Below, piece after piece: positions 9,993 to 17,995 of a stretch of 64,000 nucleotides of DNA (position 1 is the stretch's first letter; each line of letters opens with the position of its first letter). The stretch lies in contig CAZHFF010000002.1 of NCBI GenBank assembly GCA_964531785.1, positions 93,851 to 157,850 on the forward strand. The letters are read 5' to 3'. The DNA is from an uncultured Candidatus Saccharibacteria bacterium (GTDB lineage: Bacteria; Patescibacteriota; Minisyncoccia; Phycocordibacterales; UBA12088). The position numbers and the translations under genes are program-made. The notes beneath the pieces were generated by a model. That model made no database searches. It was not told the origin of the DNA and saw only the letters and a list, made by a program, of their open reading frames with translations.

Positions 9993-10548
9993 CCGTCCAG
10001 TTGATCGCATTCTGGTATGCCTCGACGTATGACCCCTTCTGCGCGGGCTTGTAGTCCACAAAGTACGCGTGTTCCCAGTGGTCGAGTACGAGCACCGCAG
10101 GCAAGGTCGCGAGCTGCCCTATCTCATGATCGGCGACCCAGGTGTGCAGGAACTGCTTGGTCACGGGGTCGTAGTTGAGTATAGCCCAACCTGGACCGCG
10201 TGCTGCAACCTTGGCGAACTGCGCCTGCCACGCCGAGAGGCTGCCGAACTGGCCGGTAAGCATGGTGTACAGTGTAGACTCCGCATTGATGACCTGGGGC
10301 CCACCCTCGAGCACCTCGAAATAGAGCTCGTGGAGACGCATGCCGTTCCACTCGAATCCCAACCGGCGACGGAGCTCCGCGACCGCATACGCATGTTCGT
10401 CTCCCTGTGCCGAAAGCTTCCTCAGCTCATCGGTCAGTATGTTCACGTGCTTGACATAGCCTTCGTAGAGGCCGATGTGTAGCGAAAGTTGCTCTGCGGA
10501 CAGGCCTGGTATCTCTGGGAACTGAAAGGTACGTGCTTCGTATTGCAT
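9958..10548 (-). CDS. Fe/Mn superoxide dismutase family protein (divergent N-terminal half)
   Basis: C-terminal LDHWEHAYF...NW signature. N-terminal LSLHIGLYEGYV replaces the HHxKHH motif. Start at Met MQYEARTF. Confidence 0.75.
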   Translation of the reverse strand: MQYEARTFQFPEIPGLSAEQLSLHIGLYEGYVKHVNILTDELRKLSAQGDEHAYAVAELRRRLGFEWNGMRLHELYFEVLEGGPQVINAESTLYTMLTGQFGSLSAWQAQFAKVAARGPGWAILNYDPVTKQFLHTWVADHEIGQLATLPAVLVLDHWEHAYFVDYKPAQKGSYVEAYQNAINWTVIADRFEKLAR

Positions 10549-10642
10549 GTTGGAATAGATTAAGGGTACCGTCCCATGGTACCACGGTGAGCGTGCACTG
10601 CACGCTATGTTCTCAAATGTAGCAGGTGCTATACTGTGCAAT

Positions 10643-10828
10643 ATGAGGACGATACTCATCGCGCTTGTCATCATAGGACTTGGCTGGGTGTACCTGAACA
10701 GGGACCGATACTTCAAGCCCGTGGTCGATCCTGACAAGTGTGCTGAGTGGAATGCGATGATGGCTGATCCTGACCGGAATCTTTCGTATGAGGATCGCGC
10801 ACGCGCGGCCGCGAACGGTTGCTTGTAG
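10643..10828 (+). CDS. small membrane-anchored protein
   Basis: MRTILIALVIIGLGWVYL anchor. TATACT lies 7 nt upstream of the ATG. No recognisable family. Confidence 0.35.
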   Translation: MRTILIALVIIGLGWVYLNRDRYFKPVVDPDKCAEWNAMMADPDRNLSYEDRARAAANGCL

Positions 10829-10829
10829 T

Positions 10830-11984
10830 ATGGCCTCTCGACCACGCACACCAAAGACCGTAGCCCATCGTGCGCTCGCACTCCACGCAAAGCACAAGGG
10901 TAAACTGACCACACGTTCGATCGCGCGTGTCACGAGAGAAACACTCCCCCTTCTGTACACACCCGGGGTGGGGGCAGTGTCATCATTTCTGCATGAGCAC
11001 CCGGAGCGGGCGAGAGAATACACGCTCTCCGGCAGGACCGTCGCGGTCGTGTCCGATGGTTCGGCCGTGTTAGGTCTCGGTAACATCGGCCCGGAAGGGG
11101 CACTTCCGGTCATGGAGGGGAAGGCCGTGCTGTTCAAGGAGTTCGGCGGGGTCGATGCGGTGCCTATTGTGCTTGCGACCCAGGATACTGAGGCCATCAT
11201 TGCCACGGTACGGGCGCTTGCGCCCTCGTTCGGCGGCATCAACCTCGAGGACATTGCTGCGCCGAAATGCTTTGAGATAGAGGGTCGTCTGAAGCGCGAG
11301 CTCAGTATTCCGGTGATGCACGACGACCAGCATGGCACGGCAATTGTGGTATTGGCTGGTCTCATTAATGCGCTCAAGGTAGTGAAAAAGAACAGTGCAC
11401 GAAGTCGCGCGGCGATCATTGGTGCTGGTGCGGCGGGCACGGCGATAGCGAACCTGCTCGTGCTCTATGGTTTCGACGACGTGGTGGTTACCGATACCCG
11501 TGGCATACTTACGCTGAGCCGCTCGGACCTCAACCCTGCAAAGCGTGCACTTGCCCAACATACGAACAGAGAACAGCGGGAGGGTGGTGTGCTCGAGGCG
11601 GTGGCGGGCGCAGACATACTCATTGGCGTATCCGGTCCTGGCACCATATTTCCGGAGCATCTTCGGGTGATGGCCCAGAAGCCGATCGTATTCGCACTGG
11701 CAAACCCGACCCCAGAGATACTTCCCGACCTTGCGCTTGCCGCCGGGGCCGCTGTTGTTGCGACCGGAAGGAGCGATTTCCCCAACCAGATCAACAACGT
11801 GCTTGCATTTCCTGGGATCTTTCGAGGCGCGCTCGATCACGGAGTAACCATGATCACCGAAGAGATCAAGCTCAAGGTGGCAAAGAAGATCGCTTCGCTC
11901 GTTGCAAAGCCTGTAGCAAATAAGATCATACCCTCGGTCTTTGACAGGCGGGTAGCGAAGGCGGTCGCGAGCGTAGTGCGCTAG
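10830..11984 (+). CDS. NAD(P)-dependent malic enzyme (short form)
   Basis: LALHAKHKGKL, LYTPGVG, VVSDGSAVLGLGNIGPEGALPVMEGKAVLFKEFGG and IGAGAAG motifs. Confidence 0.9.
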   Translation: MASRPRTPKTVAHRALALHAKHKGKLTTRSIARVTRETLPLLYTPGVGAVSSFLHEHPERAREYTLSGRTVAVVSDGSAVLGLGNIGPEGALPVMEGKAVLFKEFGGVDAVPIVLATQDTEAIIATVRALAPSFGGINLEDIAAPKCFEIEGRLKRELSIPVMHDDQHGTAIVVLAGLINALKVVKKNSARSRAAIIGAGAAGTAIANLLVLYGFDDVVVTDTRGILTLSRSDLNPAKRALAQHTNREQREGGVLEAVAGADILIGVSGPGTIFPEHLRVMAQKPIVFALANPTPEILPDLALAAGAAVVATGRSDFPNQINNVLAFPGIFRGALDHGVTMITEEIKLKVAKKIASLVAKPVANKIIPSVFDRRVAKAVASVVR

Positions 11985-12709
11985 TTGCCCCACGGGGAGA
12001 ATCGCATGCCGCGGTCGTAGTGGTCGATCGACTCAGCGCGCTTTAGGTATGCAACCACTGCGTACGTGACCGGTGTGAAGAGTGCCTCGACGGCCACCTT
12101 GAATATGTAGTTCGACACGATGAGTGCCACGAGCACGCCTCCAGAAAAGATGCCGGTGAACGCTATCAGGATGAACAGTGCCGTATCGAGCAGTTGTCCC
12201 ACCAGTGTCGAGCCTATTGTTCGCATCCAGAGGTGACGCCCGTCCATCCAGACCTTCATTTTGGCAAGGACGATACTATTCATGAATGAACCAACCAGAT
12301 AAGCGATAAGGCTTGCGACAACGATCCGTGGTGTAAGGCCGAGTATCGCCAGGTATGCCTCCTGGTTCCCCCAGTCAGGCGATGGGGGCAGCATGCCGAC
12401 CAGGATGAACACGCCGGAGGCTAGCAAGGTCGCTCCAAAGCCGAGCCAGATCACCGCACGTGCGCGCAAAAAGCCGTACACCTCGGTCAACACGTCCCCA
12501 AAGATATACGAGAGGGGGAAGAGCAGGGTACCTGCATCGAGCGTAAGCCCCCAAAACTCGGTGAGCTTGGTGCTCGCGACGTTCGAGACCAAGAGGACGG
12601 TCACGAAGAGGACGGCGATCGGGGTGAGGAAGCGGAATTGCTGCACACCGTAGAGCATAGCACGGCAGATCAGCGGCGCCAGCAGGTAGGCGAGCGGTGT
12701 CATGTGCAT
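11981..12709 (-). CDS. yhhQ: queuosine-precursor transporter family protein (YhhQ/DUF165)
   Basis: VSNVASTKL and FPLSYIFGDVLTEVYG motifs. Polytopic. Start uncertain (Met at aa 1, 3 or 18). Confidence 0.8.
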   Translation of the reverse strand: MHMTPLAYLLAPLICRAMLYGVQQFRFLTPIAVLFVTVLLVSNVASTKLTEFWGLTLDAGTLLFPLSYIFGDVLTEVYGFLRARAVIWLGFGATLLASGVFILVGMLPPSPDWGNQEAYLAILGLTPRIVVASLIAYLVGSFMNSIVLAKMKVWMDGRHLWMRTIGSTLVGQLLDTALFILIAFTGIFSGGVLVALIVSNYIFKVAVEALFTPVTYAVVAYLKRAESIDHYDRGMRFSPWGN

Positions 12710-12753
12710 ACTCCTTGTGTCGGCACGTACCTCACGGGTGTATGCTCGTGGTA

Positions 12754-13611
12754 ATGGACCTGATACGTCAGTATGCGCCCTGGGGCACGCTCTGCATACT
12801 GCTCGCGATCTTTCTGCTCCTCGTTCGACTTGTTACTGCGCACGGCGGAAGCGGCATGCTCACGGTCGCCTTTCTCGATGTGGGACAGGGTGATGCGATC
12901 TATATTGAAGCGCCGAACGGGAACCAGATGCTGATCGATGGTGGAGCAGGTCGTGCGGTGCTCGAGGAGCTGGCGACGGTGATGCCGTACGGCGATCGAA
13001 CGATCGATGTCGTGTTGGCGACCCATCCGGACCTTGACCACATCGGGGGTCTGCCAGAAGTGTTCGCACGGTATCAGGTCGGAATGTTCATCGAGTCTGA
13101 CGTAGAGGACGGAGGCGACGACCACGCTGCGCTTCGGGAGGCGGTCGAAGCGGAAGGTCTGGAGCAGGTGGTGGCCCGGGCAGGACAGGTGGTCGCACTG
13201 GATGAGGGTGTCTATCTCGAAATACTCTTTCCGGATAGAGACATGAGCACGGCTGAGGCGAACGCTGCATCGGTCGTAGCAAGACTGGTCTATGGAGAAA
13301 CGTCATTTCTGTTCACGGGAGATGCGCCGAGCTCCATAGAGACATACCTGACCGGGCGTTACGGCAGTCTTCTTGCAAGCGATGTCCTCAAGCTCGGTCA
13401 CCACGGGTCAAAGACCTCGTCAGCAGAGGCGTTCCTTGGTTTTGTTGCGGCACCGTATGTCGTGGTATCTGCAGGGTGTGACAACCGCTACGGTCATCCG
13501 CACGCAGAGGTGATCGACAGGGTAACGTCTGTCGGTGCGGAGGTTGTCTCGACGTGCGGTGACGGCACGATAACCTTTACGACCGACGGTAGCTTGCTGC
13601 GTCGGAATTGA
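12754..13611 (+). CDS. membrane-anchored MBL-fold hydrolase (ComEC C-terminal nuclease-type domain)
   Basis: FLDVGQGDAIYIE, ATHPDLDHIGG and LKLGHHGSKTS motifs, with an N-terminal TM helix. Confidence 0.8.
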   Translation: MDLIRQYAPWGTLCILLAIFLLLVRLVTAHGGSGMLTVAFLDVGQGDAIYIEAPNGNQMLIDGGAGRAVLEELATVMPYGDRTIDVVLATHPDLDHIGGLPEVFARYQVGMFIESDVEDGGDDHAALREAVEAEGLEQVVARAGQVVALDEGVYLEILFPDRDMSTAEANAASVVARLVYGETSFLFTGDAPSSIETYLTGRYGSLLASDVLKLGHHGSKTSSAEAFLGFVAAPYVVVSAGCDNRYGHPHAEVIDRVTSVGAEVVSTCGDGTITFTTDGSLLRRN

Positions 13612-13628
13612 CCTCCTCTTCTGTGCTG

Positions 13629-14399
13629 CTATTGCTTGGTGCCGGGCTTTTCAAGGTTGACGCCGATCCGTTCAAAGGCGCGAAGAACCTCCAGCGGTAC
13701 CGCGAAAATGATGGTGTTAGATTGATCTGAGCTGACGTCGTTGAGCGTCTGGAGCGAGCGGAGATGCAGTGCGCCGCTGTGCGCGGTCATGATGTCCGCC
13801 GCTTTCCCAAGGTTCTCAGCTGCGATCACCTCACCCTCTGCCTTGATGATGACAGCACGCTTCTCCCGTTCAGCCTCTGCCTGCTTGCCGATCGTGCGTT
13901 TGAGGTCCTCAGGAAGCTCTATGTGCTTGAGGTCGACACCGACGACCTGGATACCCCACGGGTCGGTCGCGCTGTCGACGATCTCCTTGATCTTCTGTGA
14001 GACGTGGTCCCGGTGGGCAAGAAGCTCATCAAGCTCCATTTCTCCAACGATATCGCGCATGGTGGTCTGTGCGAGCTGGCTGACCGCATAGCGAAAATCC
14101 TCTATCTCGATGACCGCCGCACGCGCATCCTTTACCTTGTAGTAGACGACTGCGTTGACGTTGAGAGAAATATTGTCACGAGTGATGGCGTCTTGGTCCG
14201 GCACATCGATGACCGAGACGCGCATGTCGATCTTGATCAACCTTTGGAATATGGGTATCACGATGCGCCAACCCGGCTCCTTTACCCCGGAAAAGCGGCC
14301 GAGGGTGAGCATGACTCCGCGCTCGTACTGATCGATCTGTCGAATGATGAGGACAGCGATCGCGAGCGCGACGAGAAGAGCGATAAAGGGTGTGAACAT
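13629..14399 (-). CDS. SPFH/band-7 (stomatin-like) protein
   Basis: TM helix, then YERGVMLTLGRF...PGW and a coiled QAEAEREKRA region. Start at Met MFTPFIALL. Confidence 0.9.
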   Translation of the reverse strand: MFTPFIALLVALAIAVLIIRQIDQYERGVMLTLGRFSGVKEPGWRIVIPIFQRLIKIDMRVSVIDVPDQDAITRDNISLNVNAVVYYKVKDARAAVIEIEDFRYAVSQLAQTTMRDIVGEMELDELLAHRDHVSQKIKEIVDSATDPWGIQVVGVDLKHIELPEDLKRTIGKQAEAEREKRAVIIKAEGEVIAAENLGKAADIMTAHSGALHLRSLQTLNDVSSDQSNTIIFAVPLEVLRAFERIGVNLEKPGTKQ

Positions 14400-14505
14400 A
14401 GAGAGGTGAACTGGTAACAAGTGCGCTAGTCCTCCATTGGGGGAGAACAGAGCGGTGTGTATAGCGGGAGTATAGCACAGGGGTTTCTGGGGGTATACTG
14501 GGTCA

Positions 14506-14745
14506 ATGGGTGCTGCGAACTCGATGGCTGCCCTTGATCTTATCCCGCTCGATCTGGTGCTCTTTGGCGTTACCGGAATCGCACTCATTGCTTTCCTTGC
14601 CTGGAGCGGCCTCCTGTTCTGGCACTGGCAGCTCTACTCGACCGGGAAGTACACCACGATGGGCACGTTCATCGTGTACCTGTCCGTGAGCGGTGCGCTC
14701 CTTACCCTTATGGGTCTCTCAGCGTTCTGGTTCGCTATACACTAG
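14506..14745 (+). CDS. small two-helix membrane protein
   Basis: 79 aa with two hydrophobic helices. TATACT lies 6 nt upstream of the ATG. Confidence 0.5.
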   Translation: MGAANSMAALDLIPLDLVLFGVTGIALIAFLAWSGLLFWHWQLYSTGKYTTMGTFIVYLSVSGALLTLMGLSAFWFAIH

Positions 14746-14747
14746 CT

Positions 14748-15272
14748 ATGCAGCATCAAGCGATCACGTTAGGAGAAGGAGAGCATGTCATAACCACCGT
14801 GCGTCGCCACTGGTACCACCTGGCACTCGAGGGTGTTGCGTTCGCGTTCGTTATGCTCGTGCTCGCATTCGGCACCGGTATGGCACAATCGTACGTCCAT
14901 GCCACGTACCCTGAACGGTTCATTGACACGGTAGCGCTCGGTACGTTCGTGCTTGCGTTCGTGGGTCTCCTGGTCTGGATGCGGTTCTTCGCCGTATGGT
15001 CTGACCACTGGCTCGACGCATGGATCATCACCAACAAGCGGATCATCGATATAGAGCAGCACGGATTCTTCCGTCGTCAGGTATCGAGCTTTCCACTCGA
15101 CCGCATACAGGATGTGACCTATGAGGTGCGAGGTATCATAGCGATGTGGCTTCACTTTGGCGATGTGCGCATACAGACCGCAAGCATCACGAGCGATCTT
15201 GTGCTGCGGCAGGTCCCGTTCCCAGACCTGGTGAAGGAGGAGATCGCCTCGCTGCTCAACAGGCATAACTAA
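14748..15272 (+). CDS. bacterial PH-domain (bPH_2/YdbS-like) membrane protein
   Basis: Two TM helices, then ITNKRIIDIE...FPLDRIQDV...GDVRIQTAS. Confidence 0.75.
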   Translation: MQHQAITLGEGEHVITTVRRHWYHLALEGVAFAFVMLVLAFGTGMAQSYVHATYPERFIDTVALGTFVLAFVGLLVWMRFFAVWSDHWLDAWIITNKRIIDIEQHGFFRRQVSSFPLDRIQDVTYEVRGIIAMWLHFGDVRIQTASITSDLVLRQVPFPDLVKEEIASLLNRHN

Positions 15273-15288
15273 AAACGCCCTCAGGCGT
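15271..15288 (-). terminator. candidate intrinsic terminator of rpmB
   Basis: Minus strand reads acgcc-tgag-ggcgt followed by ttttt. The stem is short (5 bp). Confidence 0.45.
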
Positions 15289-15314
15289 CAGGTGCTGCCG
15301 CGTCTCTGAGCATC

Positions 15315-15557
15315 CTACAGCAGCCCCGCGTCCTTCAGGGTCTTGTAGGCACCGTTCTTGTGGATCGTTTTGAGCGCTTTGGTGCTCAACGAAATCGTGA
15401 CCGTTTCATTTGTCTCGGGCACGAAAATGCGCCGCTTCACAAGGTTGGGCTGTCGACGGGTCTTACCGCAGGGGTTGAACTGCGTTGCGCGGGTCCGGTT
15501 GCTGTAGCGACCGCCGACCTGCGAACCCTTTCCTGTTACTGCGCACTGTTTCGCCAT
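15315..15557 (-). CDS. rpmB: 50S ribosomal protein L28
   Basis: MAKQCAVTGKGSQVGGRYSNRTRATQ...; 80 aa from the internal Met. Confidence 0.9.
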   Translation of the reverse strand: MAKQCAVTGKGSQVGGRYSNRTRATQFNPCGKTRRQPNLVKRRIFVPETNETVTISLSTKALKTIHKNGAYKTLKDAGLL

Positions 15558-15675
15558 AGGTTCACGCATGGTACCATAGTCGGTGCAGAGTGCAATAGTA
15601 CGCGTTCCGATAGCTTGATATAAAGGAACGGCACGGCAGTGCAGGCCCATCAGGCGTACACCGAACTCAGACCAC

Positions 15676-16335
15676 ATGGAACCCATCACCCTATTCTTTC
15701 TCATAGCGCTCATACTCTCGATCATCATTCATGAGGTTTCTCATGGCTATGCAGCAGAGATGCTGGGCGATCCAACGGCTCGGCTTGCCGGACGATTGAC
15801 GCTTAACCCCGTGCCCCACATCGACCTCATGGGTTCGATCGTGCTGCCTGCCATCCTCGTGCTCACCTCGAGTCCGTTCTTGTTCGGATGGGCGAAACCT
15901 GTCCCCTACAACCCGTACAATCTCAAGAATCAGCGCTGGGGCGAGGCGATCGTCGCAGGGGCTGGTCCGGGCATTAACCTGCTCTTGGCGCTCGTATTCG
16001 GCCTCGTGATCCGTTTCGGGATCGGCGAACTACCGACCAGCTTCATCGCACTTGCCGCGCTCGTCGTGTACATAAACGTGCTCCTCGCGTGTTTCAACCT
16101 CATACCGATACCGCCGCTCGACGGCTCCAAGCTCTTGAGGACACTGCTCCCGTTTCGGGCGCAAATGGCATACCAGCGGTTCGAGAGCGCGCTCATGGTC
16201 ATGGGCCTGCTCGGCGTTTTCCTGGTGCTGTTCCTCTTGCTCACCCTGGTCGGCCCCCTGTTCCAGGCGTTCATTTCACTCGTTTTCACGCTCCTTACGG
16301 GGGTACCGGTCGGGGTCGCGCTCGGCGGTCTATAG
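15676..16335 (+). CDS. site-2 protease family (M50) membrane metalloprotease
   Basis: HEVSHG (HExxH) and NLIPIPPLDGSKL motifs; polytopic. Confidence 0.85.
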   Translation: MEPITLFFLIALILSIIIHEVSHGYAAEMLGDPTARLAGRLTLNPVPHIDLMGSIVLPAILVLTSSPFLFGWAKPVPYNPYNLKNQRWGEAIVAGAGPGINLLLALVFGLVIRFGIGELPTSFIALAALVVYINVLLACFNLIPIPPLDGSKLLRTLLPFRAQMAYQRFESALMVMGLLGVFLVLFLLLTLVGPLFQAFISLVFTLLTGVPVGVALGGL

Positions 16336-16374
16336 GGTGTTCGCTCGCTCAACGTGCGGATCACTACCTGATAC

Positions 16375-16403
16375 TTGCATATTATCGGCGTCCGTAGTAG
16401 AGT
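16375..16403 (+). promoter_or_regulatory. sigma70-like promoter of rpsL-rpsG
   Basis: TTGCAT - 17 nt - TAGAGT, about 30 nt upstream of the rpsL ATG. Confidence 0.5.
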
Positions 16404-16435
16404 GGTGACCACTGCAAAAAGCGACAGAAGTACCC

Positions 16436-16846
16436 ATGCCAACGATCAATCAGCTAGTTCGCAACCCGCGAAAGGACAAACCGACCAAGTCAAAAGTGCC
16501 TGCGCTGGGGCGCGGTTTCAACCTGCTTAAGAACAAGCCGACCATATACCCGGCTCCTTTCAAGCGCGGCGTCTGTGTCAAGGTGACCACTAAGACCCCC
16601 CGCAAGCCGAACTCTGCCGTTCGTAAGTATGCGCGTGTACGTTTGACCAACGGTATGGAGGTCTCCGCATACATTCCCGGCGAGGGACACAACCTGCAAG
16701 AACACTCAGTCGTGCTCATCCGCGGTGGTCGTGTGAAGGACGTCAACATCCGCTACACGATCGTGCGCGGTAAGCTCGACGCAACCGGCGTTGATAAGCG
16801 TAGGAAGGGGCGCTCCCTCTACGGCGCGAAGCGGCCTAAGGCATAA
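16436..16846 (+). CDS. rpsL: 30S ribosomal protein S12
   Basis: [13 protein letters not shown]...[20 protein letters not shown]. Confidence 0.97.
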   Translation: MPTINQLVRNPRKDKPTKSKVPALGRGFNLLKNKPTIYPAPFKRGVCVKVTTKTPRKPNSAVRKYARVRLTNGMEVSAYIPGEGHNLQEHSVVLIRGGRVKDVNIRYTIVRGKLDATGVDKRRKGRSLYGAKRPKA

Positions 16847-16851
16847 TCACC

Positions 16852-17322
16852 ATGCGACGACCGATCAAGAAAAAGATACGCATAGCACCTGATAATCGCT
16901 ACCAGAGCGAGCGACTTTCGAAGTTCATCAACTGCGTGATGCTCGATGGGAAGAAGGAGACGGCTCGCAAGGTGGTCTATGATGCGCTCGAGCTCATTCG
17001 CAAAGCTGATGAGACCAAAGAACCGATCGAGGTGTTCGAGGATGCGATACGGAACGTTGGACCTACGGTCGAGGTGCGTAGCCGCCGCGTCGGCGGTGCG
17101 AACTATCAGGTTCCGCGCGAAGTGCGACCGGAGCGTCGGCAGGCCCTCGCCATGCGTTGGATACTCAATGCTGCTCGCAGCAAGAGTGGCGGTCCGACCT
17201 CGAAGTTCCTTGCAGATGAGATCCTTGCTGCGTCGAAGAACGAAGGCGCTGCTGTCAAGAAGCGCGAGGATGTGCATAAGATGGCGGAAGCCAACCGCGC
17301 GTTCGCGCACTTTGCTTGGTAA
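16852..17322 (+). CDS. rpsG: 30S ribosomal protein S7
   Basis: ...[23 protein letters not shown]...[10 protein letters not shown]. Confidence 0.97.
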   Translation: MRRPIKKKIRIAPDNRYQSERLSKFINCVMLDGKKETARKVVYDALELIRKADETKEPIEVFEDAIRNVGPTVEVRSRRVGGANYQVPREVRPERRQALAMRWILNAARSKSGGPTSKFLADEILAASKNEGAAVKKREDVHKMAEANRAFAHFAW

Positions 17323-17480
17323 AATAAAGCCCCTGCAAGGGGATTTATTTTACTTAGCAAATGCGGTGATGCCCCTTGCGGGTACGCGCACTTTGCCTGG
17401 TAATTTGGAGCTGCATAGCAGCGAACAAATTCCAGCTGCAAATGCGGTGATGCCCCTTGCGGGTACGCGCACTTTGCTTG
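17276..17480 (+). repeat. three copies of an rpsG-3'-end-derived unit at exact 81-nt period
   Basis: 17357-17396 and 17438-17477 are 40/40 identical. Their 3' 22 nt match the true rpsG end (17298-17319) with a few mismatches. Copy 1 even keeps the ...AHFAW-TAA reading. Confidence 0.85.
17323..17350 (+). terminator. hairpin + T-run directly after rpsG
   Basis: aaataaagcccctgcaaggggatttatttta. Confidence 0.6.
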
Positions 17481-17604
17481 CGACACAGACACCCCATACA
17501 GGGGTTTTGCTGTACTAAACCCGCGACCCGTTCGTAGGACAGGTCTGCGATGCGGTCGCCCGCATATGTGGCCGCAAAGACGCGCTTGGGTCTGTTGCGA
17601 ACAA

Positions 17605-17622
17605 GCGCGGCCCAGGCCGCGC
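17605..17622. terminator. GC hairpin flanked by T-rich runs on both strands
   Basis: gcgcggcc-cag-gccgcgc, with ttctctttat on plus and ttgttcgc on minus. It lies 7 nt past the stop of the 17629..17832 ORF. Confidence 0.5.
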
Positions 17623-17628
17623 TTCTCT

Positions 17629-17832
17629 TTATGTCTCCGCTTGTAAACGGAAGCCGTATTCTGCTGCCGCTCCGCGCTCGTCACCAGTGACAGCCCATCT
17701 GTTGCCTTGTGTGTCGAACACGATCGTGGTACCGGGTTTCGCCAGGTACGTGCCGGGGATGCCGCCTTCCGCGTCAACCCGACGGAAGTTCAGTTCATGA
17801 ATTATGCTGTAGTTCACTGTAGCTGGTTCCAC
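17629..17832 (-). CDS. small hypothetical protein (67 aa), antisense to the str operon
   Basis: GTG start with AAGAGGTGA 6 nt upstream. A hairpin follows the stop. No recognisable family. Confidence 0.45.
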   Translation of the reverse strand: MEPATVNYSIIHELNFRRVDAEGGIPGTYLAKPGTTIVFDTQGNRWAVTGDERGAAAEYGFRLQAET

Positions 17833-17916
17833 GGTCGCTCACCTCTTGCTGCGTCGTCTGTCCTCTATCTAAGCACTGAGCCAGGACACGCACAACCGGG
17901 CCAGCTTTGCAGGTGC

Positions 17917-17948
17917 TTGAGTCTTTTACCAACACACTGTATAGTGTG
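17917..17948 (+). promoter_or_regulatory. fusA promoter with overlapping inverted repeat
   Basis: TTGAGT - 17 nt - TATAGT. CACACT-gtat-AGTGTG (17933-17948) overlaps the -10. Confidence 0.5.
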
Positions 17949-17995
17949 CGCAACTCCCGCGTTTGCGGCTTTTTATTCAATTAGCTCGATCCCCT

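Noticed and set aside
17276-17480. CRISPR array interpretation of the 81-nt periodic repeats
   Set aside because: There are only two full repeats plus one degenerate copy that is the rpsG coding end. No cas genes are in the window and one 'spacer' is simply the rpsG terminator. Kept as an unexplained repeat, not called CRISPR.
17106-17777. 223-aa minus-strand ORF
   Set aside because: Runs antisense through the rpsG 3' end, its terminator and the repeats. Arg/Ala/Ser-rich shadow frame.
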